Below are positions 18,121-28,905 of a stretch of DNA of 64,000 bases, one piece after another. Every line of letters starts with the position of its first letter. Positions within the stretch are counted from its first letter, which is position 1. The DNA is from a virus, in the IMG/VR virus record IMGVR_UViG_3300032240_001151, positions 1 to 64,000 of that record. One strand, written 5' to 3'. The notes under the pieces are model-generated. The model did no database searches. It worked only from the letters and a program-made list of their open reading frames with translations, and was not told the origin of the DNA. The position numbers and the translations under genes were made by a program.

Positions 18121-18130
18121 AAAGATAGTA

Positions 18131-18787
18131 ATGAGAAACGCAAAAGAAGTTATAGAGGAGTGTAAAACTTACGGATTTACTTTTGATCAATTAGAGCAGC
18201 AACTACTTTATAATGCAGCTGCTTCAATAAAGGGAGTTGAAGGCCTTGTTTGTGAAATAGGATTGAGAGATTCAGGAGGAATGAGTGTTATGATGACAGG
18301 CTGCCTAGACAATCAGGACATAGATCGTTGTTTTATAGCAATAGATCCTTACGGAGGTATTAAATACAGACATCAAGAAAATGTGTATGCTTTTACAGAC
18401 TACACTAACCAAATGAAAAATAGATCTTTAAAAAATTTGTACTCTTTTTGTGAATTAAAAGATATTAATTTTAATCTATATTGCATGGAGGATACCGAGT
18501 TTTTCACCAGATTTGAGAATGGTATTCCCACATATCAAAAAGAGTATAAGGAATTACAAAACAAGTATGCTTTAATTCATTTTGACGGTCCTCATGCTGT
18601 AGAACCTATTAAAATTGAGATAGATTTTTTTAAATATAGAATGTCTATTGGAGGAATGTTTGTTTTTGATGATACATATGTGGGATACTATAATCATGAC
18701 ATTGTAGAATCTTATATTTTAGAAAGCGGTGAATACGAGTTGGTAGGTAAAGAAGAGCATAAAGCATCATATAAAAGAGTAAAATAA
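18131..18787 (+). CDS. class I SAM-dependent methyltransferase (Methyltransf_24/TylF-like)
   Basis: CEIG...IDPY...IHFDGPH...GGMFVFDD. Confidence 0.8.
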   Translation: MRNAKEVIEECKTYGFTFDQLEQQLLYNAAASIKGVEGLVCEIGLRDSGGMSVMMTGCLDNQDIDRCFIAIDPYGGIKYRHQENVYAFTDYTNQMKNRSLKNLYSFCELKDINFNLYCMEDTEFFTRFENGIPTYQKEYKELQNKYALIHFDGPHAVEPIKIEIDFFKYRMSIGGMFVFDDTYVGYYNHDIVESYILESGEYELVGKEEHKASYKRVK

Positions 18788-18793
18788 TAAAAA

Positions 18794-18994
18794 ATGGTAA
18801 ATAAAACTAACGCTTTAAATAAAATTGAACAAATAAAAAACTATTTAAAAAATGTTCAAGCATCTGCTTACAGAGGAGATATGAAATCTTTGACTGAAAA
18901 GTTTGAGAAGCTGGATGAGATGATAGAAAATCTTGAAAGTACTATTAGCAGCGAAAGCGAAGAATATTTGAATAGGCCATACGGAACTTTATAA
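18794..18994 (+). CDS. hypothetical protein
   Basis: In-operon ORF. Confidence 0.6.
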   Translation: MVNKTNALNKIEQIKNYLKNVQASAYRGDMKSLTEKFEKLDEMIENLESTISSESEEYLNRPYGTL

Positions 18995-19009
18995 AAAAAA
19001 TAAAAGGTT

Positions 19010-19636
19010 ATGAAATTAACAGCTGCAGAGCTCAATGAAAATTTGAGCGTATTACTAAAAGTTATTGATACTAAGATTTCAGGAGAAAGAAAAGACAAAC
19101 TACTACAACTACATGATGATTGGGGAGATAGAATTGCAGTTGCACCAGCTTCAATGAAAACAAACTACCATAATGCTTTTGTAGGAGGTTATGTTTTACA
19201 CGTACTAAATGTAGTAAAAGCAGTAGGACTAGTATCAGACTCTTGGAAGAAGATGGGAGTTGATTTAGATTTTACTCAAGAGGAAATGTACTTCTCAGCT
19301 ATATGTCATGATCTTGGTAAGATAGGAACAGAAGAAGAGGATTATTACCTTCCATGTGAGGAACAATGGATGCTGAAGAAAGGTCAGCTATTTGTAATGA
19401 ACCCAAAGCTTCAATACATGAAAGTAGCGGAAAGATCCTTGATGAATCTGCAAAGGAGGTGTATATCGTTGAGTGAAAAAGAATATCTTTCTATAAAATT
19501 ACATGATGGTTTGTATGAAGATTCTAATAAAGCTTACTTAATATCTTACAGTGAAGAGTATGCTTTGAAAACCTATCTTCCACATATCTTACATCAGGCT
19601 GATATGATAGCTGCTAAATCAGAAGAAAAAAAATAA
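19010..19636 (+). CDS. HD-domain phosphohydrolase
   Basis: HNAF.GG...H; CHDLGK; HDG; HQAD. Confidence 0.85.
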   Translation: MKLTAAELNENLSVLLKVIDTKISGERKDKLLQLHDDWGDRIAVAPASMKTNYHNAFVGGYVLHVLNVVKAVGLVSDSWKKMGVDLDFTQEEMYFSAICHDLGKIGTEEEDYYLPCEEQWMLKKGQLFVMNPKLQYMKVAERSLMNLQRRCISLSEKEYLSIKLHDGLYEDSNKAYLISYSEEYALKTYLPHILHQADMIAAKSEEKK

Positions 19637-19639
19637 ATT

Positions 19640-19918
19640 ATGATTATAATAATATCTGTACTAACTTTACTATTAATATCTTGTGGGCTGGTTATTAAAA
19701 ATCTTCTCTCTAAGGTTGAAAAGTATGAAGAAGACATTATATTAAAAGACGAGTATTTAGACAAGTTAAAAGCTATGGTTGACGAATCTTACAAAAAAAT
19801 AAAAGATTTAGACACTATGGAAGCTTTTGAATCTGATGATGAAGTAGGACATTTCTTTGTCAACTTGAAAAACATAATCATGACACTAAACACATACATG
19901 CAGAACTATACTAAATAA
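19640..19918 (+). CDS. membrane-anchored hypothetical protein
   Basis: N-terminal TM; FESDDEVGHFF. Confidence 0.7.
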   Translation: MIIIISVLTLLLISCGLVIKNLLSKVEKYEEDIILKDEYLDKLKAMVDESYKKIKDLDTMEAFESDDEVGHFFVNLKNIIMTLNTYMQNYTK

Positions 19919-19965
19919 AAAAATAAAGGTTACGACATTAAATAACTATTTCATAAATTATTTTA

Positions 19966-20751
19966 ATGCCGAGGAAAAAGAAAGAGCAGGAACCGAAAGA
20001 ACTAGATCCAGAATTATTTACAAAATCTGGTAAACCGCGTAAACGTAAACCAAAAAAATCTAGAGAATATTTCACAAAAGATACAGAAGATGCAATAATA
20101 GCATACCTTAAATCAGAAGATTCTGTAGAAAGAAATAAACTATTTAATGAAAAAATAGATTACAGTTTTCATAAATTAGCAGAGTTTATAATCCACACCT
20201 TCAAATTCTACTACACTGAAATGACCAATGTAGAAGATTTAAAACATGAAGTTGTGGCTTTTTTATTGGATAAACTTCATCATTACAACCCAGAAAAGGG
20301 TAAAGCATTTTCATATTTTGGGACCATTGCTAAAAGGTACCTTATAGTTTATAATGAGAATAATTATAAACAAATGAAGATTAGAGGGGATATGGAAGAA
20401 GTTGATGATGATAAAAAAGTATTCACGGAGATAGTAAGACAAAGTGATAATGTGGAACTTTCTCAATTCATAGATTCATATGTAAAGTATATGGATGAGA
20501 ATATGGAAAACCTATTTACTTTAGAAATAGATAAATCCATAGCCTATGCAATACTACAGATATTCAGAAGAAGGGAAAACCTTGAGGTGTTTAATAAACA
20601 GCACTTTTATTTGTATGTACGGGAGATAACCGGACAGAACACTGCCAACGTAACAAGGGTGATAAAGGTGATGAAATCTGTATACAAGAATCAATTAAAC
20701 GTATTATATCTGGAAGGGGAACTAGAAACCGATGAAAATCATATTTATTAA
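19966..20751 (+). CDS. putative gp55-like late sigma factor
   Basis: YNPEKGKAFSYFGTIAKRYL resembles sigma region 2 of T4 gp55. Confidence 0.65.
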   Translation: MPRKKKEQEPKELDPELFTKSGKPRKRKPKKSREYFTKDTEDAIIAYLKSEDSVERNKLFNEKIDYSFHKLAEFIIHTFKFYYTEMTNVEDLKHEVVAFLLDKLHHYNPEKGKAFSYFGTIAKRYLIVYNENNYKQMKIRGDMEEVDDDKKVFTEIVRQSDNVELSQFIDSYVKYMDENMENLFTLEIDKSIAYAILQIFRRRENLEVFNKQHFYLYVREITGQNTANVTRVIKVMKSVYKNQLNVLYLEGELETDENHIY

Positions 20752-20762
20752 AAAGGATAAAT

Positions 20763-21131
20763 ATGTCAGATTTTGATCAAGTTGTGTTCGGTAAGAAAAA
20801 ATTCTCCGATTTACTTAAAGAAGTATATGATCGTTCTATAACGAAAGAGAAGCAGATTACAGACATGATAGAACAACTCAGGGATCTTATACAGAATACC
20901 GGAGATGCAGTCATGATGGTACCTCTAATAGCTTCCTACATGGATTTAAACCTTAAAAACGATGATGTACTAATAAAAATGGTCGCTATCGTACAAAAAG
21001 CCATGGTTAGGGGTAAAGAAACTGGAGATTTTATGTTACCAGATAGTGAAAAAGAAGAACTGCTTAAACTTGCGCAGGAAAGCGTGGCTGAGAAAAAAGC
21101 CTTAACAAATCAAAATATACCCTCAGCGTAG
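20763..21131 (+). CDS. hypothetical protein
   Basis: ATATTTAT at 20741. Confidence 0.75.
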   Translation: MSDFDQVVFGKKKFSDLLKEVYDRSITKEKQITDMIEQLRDLIQNTGDAVMMVPLIASYMDLNLKNDDVLIKMVAIVQKAMVRGKETGDFMLPDSEKEELLKLAQESVAEKKALTNQNIPSA

Positions 21132-22768
21132 TGAGTACAGGACCTAATACTATATCGTATTCTATAGGACAGATGATTGCAACTGCAGCCGCAGCTGGAT
21201 CACCCGGACAAACTAGCTATTTTATAGCGAGGGTTCAGTATGTTTTATTAGACGATAGTGATATAGAAAAGTTTAACAAGTTAGGAGGGTGGAAAGCTAT
21301 TGGTACTATAGAATGTGTACCATTTATAAATTTTAATGATCCAAAGACAGATCCTATCACTGTTAAACCATTAAGAAGTAACATAACTCAATACCCAGTA
21401 GTAAATGAAATTGTTATAGTAAAAGTCCTAATAAGTAAAGAAGCCCAAGATAACGTAGGTAATTACAAACCTGACTTTTATTATACAGATATAATTTCAG
21501 CGTGGAATGCGCCAGAACATAATTCAGTTCCTGATAAATCTTATTTTGTTTTAAATCCTAACGATAAAAAAGGCACAGGAAAATTTATATCAACAGCAGA
21601 AATAAAAGAAGCTAAAAGATTTATTAAAGCTCCTGGTGATATAACAATAGAAGGCAGAAGAGGGGGTATTATTAGAATAGGCTCAAACACCCCTGGATTT
21701 AAAACTCCATGGACAGCAGCTACATCTAATCCTATTCTTGTTATTTCTAATAATCCGGTAAAAGTTTCTGGATCTGCTAAATTTGAAGATATAAATAAAG
21801 ACGGGTCTACACTAATGATGATGTCTGGACATAACACAGGATTTGTAGCAGCGTCGTCAAATTTTGATTCTTATAATACAACAGTAGGTATACCTGAAAA
21901 ACAAAATGTCGTAGTAGTTGATCAAAAACCTGAAGCACAACCTACATCGTCTCTAGCACAAGAAGATGTTAAAAAAGTTACCGAAGATAAGCCAGTTGAA
22001 TCACCTACCCCAGTAAGTAACCCAACTCCTCCAACTGTAAAGGATGATAAGCAGATGGATGAAGAACAGTTACCGGAAAGGGAAGATCTTCAAGAAATTG
22101 ATATACAAGTGGAGGATGTTCCTGTATATTCTTTGGGAACATCACAAGCTGCTAATGTAACTTATAAATTTAAAACTGATAACAGCCCACTAGGAAAATA
22201 TTCAGAAAAAAGTTTTAAGTCACAAGGTAAAACTGTAAAGCAAATAATTGATGGGTACATAGCTAAGAATAATGAATTCTTAAAAGGAGTTGTTGCTTTG
22301 TCAGTTAAGTATTCTATACCTAATTACTATGATATATTAAGGGTTATGGAAAAAGAGACTATAGGACATTTTGAAAAAGCAGCTTTAAGGGTAAACGGAT
22401 CAATAGCTGCAGCAGGTCTTATACAGTTTACAAGAGTAACATTACCTTTATTAAATAAATTTGGAGTAACATCCCTTGACCAAGTTATAACAAAGTCAGC
22501 AGTAGAACAATTAAAATATGTTGAAGCATACTTTGAGGCCAATAAAGATAGACTAACTGGTGCTGACATATATGCTATATATGGAACTGTTTTTTACCCA
22601 GCTATAGTTAGTGGTGGAAAAATATCAAAAAGTGATGATTTTATTTTAGGGTCAGAAAAAAGCAATGCTTGGGCCAGAAAAGTTGGCGCACAAAATCCTG
22701 GAATAAACGAAGGTAATCCTATAACCGTAAGAGTGTTTAAAAAATATGTAGACTCATTATTCAAATAG
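21131..22768 (+). CDS. baseplate hub/gp5-like protein with C-terminal lysozyme-like domain
   Basis: YPVVNEIV, GDITIEGR; C-terminal E...AAGLIQF transglycosylase-like motif. Confidence 0.6.
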   Translation: MSTGPNTISYSIGQMIATAAAAGSPGQTSYFIARVQYVLLDDSDIEKFNKLGGWKAIGTIECVPFINFNDPKTDPITVKPLRSNITQYPVVNEIVIVKVLISKEAQDNVGNYKPDFYYTDIISAWNAPEHNSVPDKSYFVLNPNDKKGTGKFISTAEIKEAKRFIKAPGDITIEGRRGGIIRIGSNTPGFKTPWTAATSNPILVISNNPVKVSGSAKFEDINKDGSTLMMMSGHNTGFVAASSNFDSYNTTVGIPEKQNVVVVDQKPEAQPTSSLAQEDVKKVTEDKPVESPTPVSNPTPPTVKDDKQMDEEQLPEREDLQEIDIQVEDVPVYSLGTSQAANVTYKFKTDNSPLGKYSEKSFKSQGKTVKQIIDGYIAKNNEFLKGVVALSVKYSIPNYYDILRVMEKETIGHFEKAALRVNGSIAAAGLIQFTRVTLPLLNKFGVTSLDQVITKSAVEQLKYVEAYFEANKDRLTGADIYAIYGTVFYPAIVSGGKISKSDDFILGSEKSNAWARKVGAQNPGINEGNPITVRVFKKYVDSLFK

Positions 22769-22769
22769 A

Positions 22770-23237
22770 ATGGCATTCACAGATTTCAATACCTATGAGA
22801 AGGATACAGTAATCCTTAATTCTGACAGGGTAATCCTGAACAGTAAGGATGATTCTGTGTTCATACTATCCAAAAAGACAGTAGGAATGTCAGCTGCTGA
22901 TTCTGTACACTTTGATGTGGGTCCTAGAGGGTCTAAGGAAGGTAAGCACGTGTTTATCGTAAATGCACCATCAGTCCAGTTAGGACTTCCTGAAAATGGC
23001 ATAAACGAGCCTATAGCAAAAGCAGAATCTGTTATATCTTTTATCAATGATCTTATAGACTCTCTAAATCAATTCTCAACTAGTTTATCTGCAGCTACTG
23101 GTCTTGGAGTTGGCGTATCAAAACTACCTGAGATATCTATAGCTGCCAATTTATTAAAGATGAGATTGAATGGGTTTAAAGAAAAGTATACTAAAGATAA
23201 CTCTCCTATAAAATCAAAAGTATCTAAAACTATATAA
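22770..23237 (+). CDS. baseplate spike-associated protein
   Basis: ILNSDRVILNSK beta-repeats; context. Confidence 0.5.
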   Translation: MAFTDFNTYEKDTVILNSDRVILNSKDDSVFILSKKTVGMSAADSVHFDVGPRGSKEGKHVFIVNAPSVQLGLPENGINEPIAKAESVISFINDLIDSLNQFSTSLSAATGLGVGVSKLPEISIAANLLKMRLNGFKEKYTKDNSPIKSKVSKTI

Positions 23238-24109
23238 TGGCTATAGATTTAAATAAAGTAACATCACCTGATAGTGTAAATAACACTGTAAATGCCATAT
23301 CTGGGGCTGTGAGTGATCCATTTGGAGCTGCCATTCAACTAACCTTAAATAAGGTAAACTCCCTTACTGTAAACATAGAAAAGAAAATAGACCAGCTTGT
23401 AAAAGAGGTTGTACAGAAGACAGACAGCAAAGGAAGGATATCCTTGCAGGGAAGCATGCTTGTAATAACTATTAGAAGGGAAGATTTGGCGCAAGCCCAG
23501 GAATTACAGAAAAGAGTCCAGGATAAGATAAAGTCAATAAACAAGACAATAACAATACTTAATACCGTAGTAAACTCTTTAATAGCAATACAAACAGCTA
23601 TAACTGTTTATAAAGCCTTATTAGATGCACAGGAAATAACATTGACTGCTAACCCAGCAACTGGTCCCATATTTCAAGTGGTTAAGCAAGGAGTTAAATT
23701 AATTTTCCTAAAAGAGATAGTAAATCAGTATGTAAAGATACTCGGTAGACAACTTTTACAAAATAAACAGATACTAAATAGATTAATACAAAAGTTCAGA
23801 TCTATCCAAGTTTCCATAAAAATACAAGATGAGGCTGATAAAGGTAACTATGTAAGCACAGATATAGCCGAACAACTTCTGGCTGACGACCAGCTTGGAG
23901 ATGGCATATCGTCTGATTCTCAAGACTTTACAGACAATAACTTTAATCAATATATATTAAAGGTAGAAAAATACGATAACAAACAACTTATAGCAAGGGC
24001 ACATGAAAAACTATCAGGAATGATAAAAGCGCAGACTGCCCCTAGTTATTTTGCTACTCCGGATGAATTAATGGAAGAATTAAAGACAATCCTAAATATA
24101 GGATCATAA
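23237..24109 (+). CDS. hypothetical structural protein
   Basis: Long coupled ORF. Confidence 0.7.
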   Translation: MAIDLNKVTSPDSVNNTVNAISGAVSDPFGAAIQLTLNKVNSLTVNIEKKIDQLVKEVVQKTDSKGRISLQGSMLVITIRREDLAQAQELQKRVQDKIKSINKTITILNTVVNSLIAIQTAITVYKALLDAQEITLTANPATGPIFQVVKQGVKLIFLKEIVNQYVKILGRQLLQNKQILNRLIQKFRSIQVSIKIQDEADKGNYVSTDIAEQLLADDQLGDGISSDSQDFTDNNFNQYILKVEKYDNKQLIARAHEKLSGMIKAQTAPSYFATPDELMEELKTILNIGS

Positions 24110-24134
24110 AATATGTAACTAAATATTTATTAAT

Positions 24135-24560
24135 ATGACACAAGATCAATTGATACTGTTTAAAGAACTAATCAAAGAAGCAGTTAAATCAGCTGTTAAA
24201 GATGCTGTTAAAGAAGAATTAGAGGCTAGTTTTAAAAAGGATTTAAAAGAAGTAAAACAACTTTTGGCTAAATCCATAAAGGAAGCTAGAGAAGTGAATT
24301 CACAACCAAGACCTCAACAAGTCTATTCAAACCCAGAAGACTTTAAAACAAAGTTAAGAGAAGCAGTTGGGTCTGATTTTAACAGAAGACAGTCAAGTCC
24401 TTATACAAGCCAAGCACAGCAGACAGTAATGCCAAATATTAGTGCTGATGCCGGGATGAATATGTCTATGAATGGAACACTTCCAAATATAGATGCGCCA
24501 ATTCCTTTTATAAATAAAGGGTCTATAGCTTGGAAAGAGATGAGAGAAAAATTAGGATAG
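24135..24560 (+). CDS. hypothetical protein
   Basis: ATATTTAT at 24123. Confidence 0.7.
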   Translation: MTQDQLILFKELIKEAVKSAVKDAVKEELEASFKKDLKEVKQLLAKSIKEAREVNSQPRPQQVYSNPEDFKTKLREAVGSDFNRRQSSPYTSQAQQTVMPNISADAGMNMSMNGTLPNIDAPIPFINKGSIAWKEMREKLG

Positions 24561-24561
24561 T

Positions 24562-24960
24562 ATGAGAAAACGAATAGAGTATACAGTAGATAGCAGTACT
24601 AGGAATCCAAACAGGGGTCTTGGTATAAAATTGCCATTTAATACTCATAACGTATTTACTATTAACTACACCACCAAAGATCAAGTAAAAAGTAATCTTA
24701 CTAACTATATGCTAACAAACAAAGGTGAGAGACCTTTTAATCCGGAGTTTGGGGCTGATTTGAGAAGATTATTGTTTGATCAGACCTATGATTTTACTAA
24801 CGCAAAAGAAGTTCTTTTAGATAACTTAGGTTTATATTTCCCAATGATCACTGTGAATAATTTAGATTTCACAGCTGACCTACAGAGGAATCTGCTTAAT
24901 ATAAAGTTAGATTACTCTATAAAAAAAGATGCTGATACAATATTAATACAAATAACCTAA
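24562..24960 (+). CDS. baseplate wedge subunit gp25-like
   Basis: LTNKGERPFNPEFGADLRRLLFD. Confidence 0.85.
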   Translation: MRKRIEYTVDSSTRNPNRGLGIKLPFNTHNVFTINYTTKDQVKSNLTNYMLTNKGERPFNPEFGADLRRLLFDQTYDFTNAKEVLLDNLGLYFPMITVNNLDFTADLQRNLLNIKLDYSIKKDADTILIQIT

Positions 24961-26855
24961 TGACACAGAAGGACATAAAGTATATAAACAAAGATTTTAC
25001 TAGCTTTAAAGAGGCGTTAGTAGAGTATGCTAAAAGCTACTTTCCTACAGTATATAACGATTTCAGTGAGGCAACTCCAGGGAATATGTTTATTGAGATG
25101 GCTTCTTATGTAGGAGATGTATTATCATTCTACGTAGATAAACAGACTCAAGAAAACTTTCTTTTGTTTGCACAGGATAAACAGAATCTAATGTCCATGG
25201 CATATGCTTTAGGTTATAGGCCTAAGGTAGTTAGTACAGCTACTGTGGATCTTAGCGTATATCAGCAGATACCAGCAGTTATAAATGGAGGAGTAGCATC
25301 TCCTGATTATTCTTATTCTCTTATAATAGATAAAGAGGCAAAAGTTAAGTCTTTTACCAATAGTGATATAGTATTTGTAACTCAAGACTCTGTGGATTTT
25401 AGCTTCTCTTCATCATACGATACCACAAATGTAAGTGTATATCAAATTAATAATAGTACCAATCAGCCTGAGTATTATTTATTAAAGAAAAAAGTAAAAG
25501 CGATTGCTGGAACAATAAAGTCACAAGATTTTACTTTTGGAACAGCTATTAAATTTGATAGTGTAACCCTCCAGGATACAAATGTAATACAGATATTAGA
25601 CATAATAGATAGTGATGGTAATAAGTGGTACGAAGTACCATATTTAGCCCAGAATACAGTGTTTCAGGATGTAAAGAACAATGAATTAAACGATCCATTT
25701 TTATCTCAATACAATAACACAACTCCTTATCTTTTAAGGTTAAAAAAAGTAAGTAGGAGGTTTGTTAGTAGATATAACGAGAATAATCAATTAAACATAG
25801 AGTTTGGATCAGGTATAACAGGAAATCCTGATGAAGAAATACTACCAAATCCAGACAATGTTGGTATGGGTCTTATAGATTCTATATCCAAAGTGTATGC
25901 TGCTTATGATCCTTCTAACTTTATATACACTAAAGATTACGGTCTAGCTCCAAGCAATACGACCCTAACTGTCAGATATATTGTAGGAGGAGGGGCTAAA
26001 ACAAACGTACCTTCTAATGATATATCACAGATATATGAAGTGAATACTTCAACAGTTTCACTAAACCCTACCGCATTAAATCAAGGATTGCTAGGTTATA
26101 TACAAAGATCAGTAACATTTAATAATGAAGCTCCATCTTCTGGAGGAGGTGATGGAGATACTGTAGAAGATATAAGACTAAAGACAATAGCCAACTTCCC
26201 TACACAGTTGAGAAACGTAACTAAGGAAGATCATATTATTAGAGCCTTGAGTATGCCTCCTAAATTTGGAACAGTTGCTAAGGCTTATATTACACAAGAT
26301 TTAGCTCTAGCAGAGATAGATAGCATGCCTGATTATATTGACAATAATCCATTAGCTTTAAGTTTATATGTCTTATCTTATGACGCAGATAAGAGGTTAA
26401 CTGAGGCTTCTTTAGCTGTAAAGGAAAATTTAAGAAATTATATTTCCCAATATAAGATAATGACCGATGCTATAACTATAAAAAATGCATACTATATAAA
26501 CATAGGTTTAAATTTTGATATAGTAGTATTACCGTCTTATAATAGCAGAGAGGTTCTTAACCAATGTCTAAACGCAGTAAGAGATTATTTCAACATAGAT
26601 AAGTGGCAAATAAACCAGCCAATACTTTTGTCAGAGTTAACAAATGTAATAAGCTGTGGAAACATAAAAGGAGTTCAAAGTGTAGTTAAAGTTGAAATAG
26701 TAAATAAATACGGAGAATCAAATGGTTATTCAAAATATGGTTATGATATCAAGGGTGCTACCAAAAATAATATAATCTATCCTAGTTTAGATCCATCTAT
26801 TTTTGAAGTTAGATATCCTAATACTGATATTTACGGAAGAGTTGTAACCTATTAA
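24960..26855 (+). CDS. baseplate wedge subunit gp6-like
   Basis: DF...K..L..Y...Y.DF.E...G...IE..SYVGD.LSFY; GG.D...DIR...QLRNVTKED. Confidence 0.85.
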   Translation: MTQKDIKYINKDFTSFKEALVEYAKSYFPTVYNDFSEATPGNMFIEMASYVGDVLSFYVDKQTQENFLLFAQDKQNLMSMAYALGYRPKVVSTATVDLSVYQQIPAVINGGVASPDYSYSLIIDKEAKVKSFTNSDIVFVTQDSVDFSFSSSYDTTNVSVYQINNSTNQPEYYLLKKKVKAIAGTIKSQDFTFGTAIKFDSVTLQDTNVIQILDIIDSDGNKWYEVPYLAQNTVFQDVKNNELNDPFLSQYNNTTPYLLRLKKVSRRFVSRYNENNQLNIEFGSGITGNPDEEILPNPDNVGMGLIDSISKVYAAYDPSNFIYTKDYGLAPSNTTLTVRYIVGGGAKTNVPSNDISQIYEVNTSTVSLNPTALNQGLLGYIQRSVTFNNEAPSSGGGDGDTVEDIRLKTIANFPTQLRNVTKEDHIIRALSMPPKFGTVAKAYITQDLALAEIDSMPDYIDNNPLALSLYVLSYDADKRLTEASLAVKENLRNYISQYKIMTDAITIKNAYYINIGLNFDIVVLPSYNSREVLNQCLNAVRDYFNIDKWQINQPILLSELTNVISCGNIKGVQSVVKVEIVNKYGESNGYSKYGYDIKGATKNNIIYPSLDPSIFEVRYPNTDIYGRVVTY

Positions 26856-26866
26856 AATAGTCATAT

Positions 26867-27466
26867 ATGAATTTAGATAAGTTAAAAGGAAAGATACCTG
26901 ATTCGGTAATATCTCAACTCCTAGACACAATTGCTAAGTTTCAAATAAACACTCCTTTGAGATTAGCTCATTTTTTAGCTCAAGCAGCCCATGAGTCTGG
27001 TGGATTTAAAATAGTAAATGAGAATTTAAATTATGGTGCAAAAGGCTTAAGATCAATATTTGGAAAGTATTTTCCAGATGATGCTACTGCTTTAGCATAT
27101 GAAAGAAAGCCTGAGAAAATAGCAAATGTTGTTTATGCTAGTAGAATGGGAAATGGTGATAAAGCTAGTGGTGATGGGTGGAAGCACAGAGGCAGAGGAT
27201 TCATCCAGCTGACAGGACATGATAATTATGCAGCTTTTGATAAAGTTGTAGATGATGATATATTAGCTAATCCAGATTTAGTAGCTACAAAGTATCCATT
27301 GCTTTCTGCCGGATGGTTTTGGAATAGCAGGGGATTAAATGCGATAGCGGATAAGGGCTCATCAGATGCAGATGTAACAGCAATAAGGAAGAAAGTGAAT
27401 GGAGGGGTAATAGGATTAGATGATACAATTAAGCATTTTAAAGAATATTACAGTTTACTACAATAA
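26867..27466 (+). CDS. GH19 chitinase-like endolysin
   Basis: AHFLAQAAHESG...ENLNY...RGRGFIQLTG. Confidence 0.9.
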   Translation: MNLDKLKGKIPDSVISQLLDTIAKFQINTPLRLAHFLAQAAHESGGFKIVNENLNYGAKGLRSIFGKYFPDDATALAYERKPEKIANVVYASRMGNGDKASGDGWKHRGRGFIQLTGHDNYAAFDKVVDDDILANPDLVATKYPLLSAGWFWNSRGLNAIADKGSSDADVTAIRKKVNGGVIGLDDTIKHFKEYYSLLQ

Positions 27467-27472
27467 TAAAAC

Positions 27473-28573
27473 ATGGCCGTATATAAAATATTTGCTGAAA
27501 AAGACACAACACTGTACTCTGACTACGGTACATTAAACTCTGGTATGGATCCTATTTTGGAACTATCTAAGAATGTTAGTCTATTGTACCCATCGCAATC
27601 ATCAGCAGCTAGATTTCTAATTAAGTTTGCAGATGATGATATATCAGATGTAGTGTCTAATTATATTGGTACGGCATCATTTAGCAGTAGTTTAAAATTA
27701 TACTTAGCAAATTCCACAGGATTGCCTACTGATTATTCAGTTGAGGTTTTTCCTGTATCTGGTGTATGGGATATGGGCACTGGTAGATTTGGGGATAATC
27801 CAATACCTACTGATGGTGCTTCATGGATATACAGGAAGTCCGGTGGAACATCTCCTTGGGAGCTCGCTAACTTTTCAGCAGGAGTAACTGCATCTTATAC
27901 AGATATTAATGCTGGAGGTGGTACATGGTATACTTCATACAAATCTGAACAAAATTTTGGAGTGTATACAAATAAAGATGCAAACATAGATGTATCATCT
28001 GCTGTAATAGCTTTTGTTTCTAGCTCCATACCAAATGAAGGATTTATAGTAAAACTATCAGGATCTTTAGAATTTGATGAAGCTTATAATTTTACTCTTA
28101 ATTATTTTGGTAGAGATACAAACACAGTTTATCCACCGGTATTAGAATTTAAGTGGGATGATTCTACTTATTCTATATCTGGATCTTCGATAACTGGGGT
28201 CGGATCTGCTGACGTTAGATTATCTCTTGCAAATAATAAAGGAGAATTCAATCAAGATGAAATACATAGGTTTAGATTAAATGTAAGAGATCTAATACCT
28301 ACAAGAACGTATGCCACTTCTTCAATATACACAACACAGAAGTATTTGCCAGCTAGTACATACTACTCTATAAAGGATGTAAAATCAGACATAACTATAG
28401 TAGATTTTGATAATAATTTTACAAAAGTAAGTGCAGATTTACAAGGAAATTATTTTGATATTTACATGTATGGATTAGAACCAGAAAGATATTATAAGAT
28501 ACTTATAAAAACAGTGATTAGTGGGTCTACTTTGATATTTGATGATCAATACTTCTTTAAAGTAACTGAATAA
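27473..28573 (+). CDS. virion structural protein (DNRLRE-like)
   Basis: AEKDTTLYS...NEGFIVK...YPPVLEFKWDD. Confidence 0.65.
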   Translation: MAVYKIFAEKDTTLYSDYGTLNSGMDPILELSKNVSLLYPSQSSAARFLIKFADDDISDVVSNYIGTASFSSSLKLYLANSTGLPTDYSVEVFPVSGVWDMGTGRFGDNPIPTDGASWIYRKSGGTSPWELANFSAGVTASYTDINAGGGTWYTSYKSEQNFGVYTNKDANIDVSSAVIAFVSSSIPNEGFIVKLSGSLEFDEAYNFTLNYFGRDTNTVYPPVLEFKWDDSTYSISGSSITGVGSADVRLSLANNKGEFNQDEIHRFRLNVRDLIPTRTYATSSIYTTQKYLPASTYYSIKDVKSDITIVDFDNNFTKVSADLQGNYFDIYMYGLEPERYYKILIKTVISGSTLIFDDQYFFKVTE

Positions 28574-28905
28574 TGGGGGAACAAGTTAACATAATCAGAA
28601 AAATATACGGTAAGAATACGTTTACAAATGTAGTAGATGTTCAGTTTAATCAATTAGTTCCCAAAGAACCAAAAGATATAACTCAAACTCCTGCTAGTGT
28701 AGATACTTTTTTTAGTGATTATGATACATTGTTTTATGATATACCTCCAAGTGGATCAGAAAATTCACATACAGAATTAGTAAGAAGAAGTTCTGAATAC
28801 ATAGGTTTAAGCATAGATGATTTAAAAGAAGAAATAGCAAATTTAAGAGATGAAAACGTATCTCTAAAAACACAAATAGTATCACTTACAAACCCAACTA
28901 AATAA
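28573..28905 (+). CDS. hypothetical structural protein
   Basis: Coupled ORF. Confidence 0.7.
   Translation: MGEQVNIIRKIYGKNTFTNVVDVQFNQLVPKEPKDITQTPASVDTFFSDYDTLFYDIPPSGSENSHTELVRRSSEYIGLSIDDLKEEIANLRDENVSLKTQIVSLTNPTK

Noticed and set aside
17939-18190. 83 aa minus-strand ORF
   Set aside because: Low-complexity AT-rich translation across a divergent promoter region
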